Shown here: positions 61,267 to 64,000 of the stretch, in pieces
How the letters are laid out: every line of letters starts with the position of its first letter
Position numbering within the stretch: the stretch's first letter is position 1
Notes under the pieces: model-generated
Databases searched by the model: none
Seen by the model: only the letters and a program-made list of their open reading frames with translations
Told to the model about the DNA's origin: nothing
Position numbers and translations under genes: made by a program
DNA from: Oikopleura dioica
Taxonomy: Eukaryota; Animalia; Chordata
NCBI GenBank assembly: GCA_907165135.1
Contig: OU015568.1
Coordinates: forward strand, 14,260,001 to 14,324,000
Direction: 5' to 3'
DNA: 64,000 bases

Positions 61267-61510
61267 AGAGTTACTGTAAGTCCCTTCGGAAAAAACGCCC
61301 TCAAAATCAAACATACTTGTGACTCTTCTCCATCTGTCTCTTTTTCTAAATTTTCTTGGGAAAAAGCTCGAATTTTTCCTTCCAGCGCTGATAAAAAGGG
61401 GTCACTACCGGTTCTTTTTACGCTTCAGTGATTTTACGTAACGCCTTCTGACCAACCACGCGGTTTCCCCTTCTTATCCCATTCTAGCGCCACTTTTCTA
61501 GCGCTTTAAA

Positions 61511-64000
61511 ATGGGACAGATCGAGTCTTGAATCAGCTGTTGACCTCGATTGATAAGATTTTTGCTTCTTCTCCTGTTGGATAAGACGATTTCCAAGAAC
61601 GCGTCGAATAGTACCTGCAACTGTCAAAAAGCGCGCTACGATATCAAAGGTGATCTTCTTGAGGATCACGCAGACACGCACACTTGTATCGTCAACACAA
61701 ACAACGATGACATCGTCAGAAACGATTACACTTGCCAGGTGAACTCGACCGAGGTCCGCTCTGGCGAACAACCAACTTGCTGCCAGAAGAAAGTCAAACA
61801 CTTGGAAGATGGATTCGAGTAATTTATATAAAAAGGGTCGCTGTTTCTCTTTGACTTTCTGCAATGGTCACCTTCTTCATTCTAAGGCCACGTGATTGGC
61901 TTGGCTGTCTGTGTAGAAAACCGGAGTTAGGATCTGAAAAAAACTGAAATGAAAGCTGTTGCGTACGAAGCAGCTAAATAACCTTTCAAATCTAATTTGA
62001 AAACCTGACTCAGATTTTCTGAATAGATTGCCAAGCTCGGCACGTTGCACTAAGATGAAAAAATGGCCATCGCAGAAAGTCTTGGACGAAAAATGGGCCC
62101 CTAGTAACTAAGTTTACTATTATAAATAAACGTTTCTTATATTTGGAATCAATTCAGAGTTCTTCTTCAATGCCTTCCGTACAAGAGCATCAATTCGATG
62201 TTGGGTTCCGTCAGTCTCTGCCAAGACAAAAAAGGCAGCGAGGAACATATGATCGAGGAGCAATCGTGCTGCTGCTCCTTCTGTCCCGAAAACTCAGAAT
62301 TTGCTTGTTCAATTTGCCCCGCTGGAGGCTTCAACACTACGATCGCATTGCCCAATTCTGCTGACAGATCCTCAACGATCTCCTTTCTCAAAATCTCAAT
62401 TATTTGCTTGGTGTTAGCTCTCTTAGCTAGTGTATGTTCTTATAAAAAGAAAAAATTATGTTTCAAAAGGTAATTATTAATGGAAAATTTCAAAAGAAGC
62501 TACTTTTGATTTTCAGGTCCGATGGGCCCGATAATGATGAAATGGAGCTAGCCGAAACTGGCAATCTCATTCTACAAGGTGGCAACACCGAGTCTACTAT
62601 GGTCAACCCAAATCCTGACGGGTCGAGTTCTGGTCAAGGTGAAGCAGAACTCGTCGTGTCAACCATCTCCCGCGAAATTCGTCTTGGCTCTCTCGTAGGA
62701 AAAGGTAAGAGCGAGAAAATTTAAAAGGAAAACTGATCAATTGCTTCGAAAAGCGAAGTCCTTTTGGCCCCCTTTTGTAGAATTTGTCAAGTTTCCTGAA
62801 TACTTTGAAAGGAAAATGCTCCGAAATAAATTTGTAGGTCGGTACGGGATCGTGTACAAAGGAACTTGGTCTGGAAAAGATGTTGCTGCGAAGATCTTCG
62901 ACTCGCGCGATGCGGAGAGTTGGAAGCGCGAGACGGAGATTTATTCAACGACGCTTATCAATCATGCTAACATCCTGCACTACATTGCTCAGGACAACAA
63001 GGACGCTGGAATCGCGCTCGAACTCTGGTTAATCACGGACTATCACGAGCGCGGCTCCCTTTTCGACTATTTAAAGGTAGAATTGCTTTAGCGCTAGAAT
63101 CAAGCCGCAACGTTGAATTCTAGGGAAATACCGTTTCCATCGCTGACGCTTTGCTGCTTGCACACACCGCCTGCGCCGGAATCGAGCACCTTCACAAGGA
63201 AATCAACGGTACGCAGGGAAAGCCCCAGATCGCGCACCGCGACATCAAATCCAAAAACATCCTGGTCAAGAGCGACGGGGAATGCGCCGTCGCTGATTTT
63301 GGCCTCGCCGTCGTCTTCGACTCGCAGAAGCAACTCATCGATCTCCCGAGTAAGTGGCCTTAATTGCCGTCAAATTGACTCTTCCCTGGTCCTTTTCTCT
63401 GAACGGGGCTCGGCAACCTGTCTCAAGAATTAAAAAGTTTAGGAAAGTTTAAGGACTAAGAGGGTTAAAAAAGGAATGGACTCCGACCATAGGTATCGGC
63501 TTCGCAAAATACCATTTCAATCTATACGGCTTCCTTGAAAAAATAAACTAATTTAATAAAACTCCTCTCAGATCCTGACTCAGGTTTTCTACTCAGGGTG
63601 CCGAGCCCAGCCACTACACCAGCCCTCCCCCATCCTCATAATAATATTTTAGAGGGCACATCAGAGAAGTTCCTGGTGGGCACAAAGCGCTACATGCCGC
63701 CAGAGTTGCTCTCTAACAATTTCCGGGACGAGGACTTCATGAGTTTCCGCCGCGCCGATATATATTCGCTTTCGCTCGTGCTTTGGGAGATCGCCTCGCG
63801 CACGCAGCTCTACGAGGGGCACATCCCGGCTGCTTACAAGCTGCCTTACGAAGACGACGTTTCAGCCGAACCCACGCTGCAAGCTATGGAGCTCATCGTC
63901 TGCCAGCAAAAGATGAGACCTGCCTTCCCCTCTACCGATGGTACCGCATTACAACTTTATTCTTGATTGCTAAATCTTCGCTTCAGAGATTGCTGCTTCT
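61511..64000 (+). CDS. TGF-beta family type I receptor kinase, ALK4/5/7-type; start approximate, 3' end beyond the window
   Basis: Signal peptide, Cys-rich ectodomain, TM (ISIICLVLALLASVC), degenerate GS box, GKGRYG, L45 loop QDNKDAGI, HRDIKSKN, DFG, VGTKRYMPPE, ADIYS. Confidence 0.92.
61897..62038. mobile_element. MITE-like element, copy 2 (intron)
   Basis: Degenerate left end GGCTTGGCTGTCTGTGTAGAAAACCGGAGTTAGGATC; right end AAAACCTGACTCAGATTTTCTGAATAGATTGCCAAGCTC. Confidence 0.55.
63406..63608. mobile_element. MITE-like element, copy 3 (intron)
   Basis: Terminal inverted repeat GGGCTCGGCAACCTG...CAGGGTGCCGAGCCC (14/15). The right end is the reverse complement of the copy 1 left end, including an exact 18-mer. 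Confidence 0.65.

Overview
This is eukaryotic genomic DNA from a very compact animal genome, most likely the larvacean tunicate Oikopleura dioica. That call is an inference from 40-50 nt introns, several GA-AG introns, operon-like gene spacing with an AG just before the ATG, and a Tor-like Ty3/gypsy element. From left to right the window contains: a minus-strand run NOM1-COPB1-WDR4-EMRE-METTL17-MRPL44-GTPBP10-TMEM65-TMEM131; SAMHD1; a giant Ser-rich gene; a small secreted-peptide ORF; a Ly6/CCP/mucin protein; CFAP69; an EF-hand protein; an arylsulfatase; a second minus-strand run DCTN5-ISCU-MRE11-MON1-CENP-C; ZRANB2-like; AHSA1; a 1.19 kb foldback transposon; and an ALK4/5/7-type TGF-beta receptor carrying AP-1-bearing MITE-like repeats. 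Top observation: a 6.5 kb gypsy LTR retrotransposon with identical 256 bp LTRs and a TTAC target-site duplication sits inside the first coding exon of SAMHD1, a known retroelement restriction factor. Removing it by hand restores a 9-exon, 670-aa reading frame. That SAMHD1 keeps its catalytic residues but has lost the GTP-binding allosteric residues. All gene names and residue equivalences come from by-eye comparison with remembered human sequences. No database search was run.
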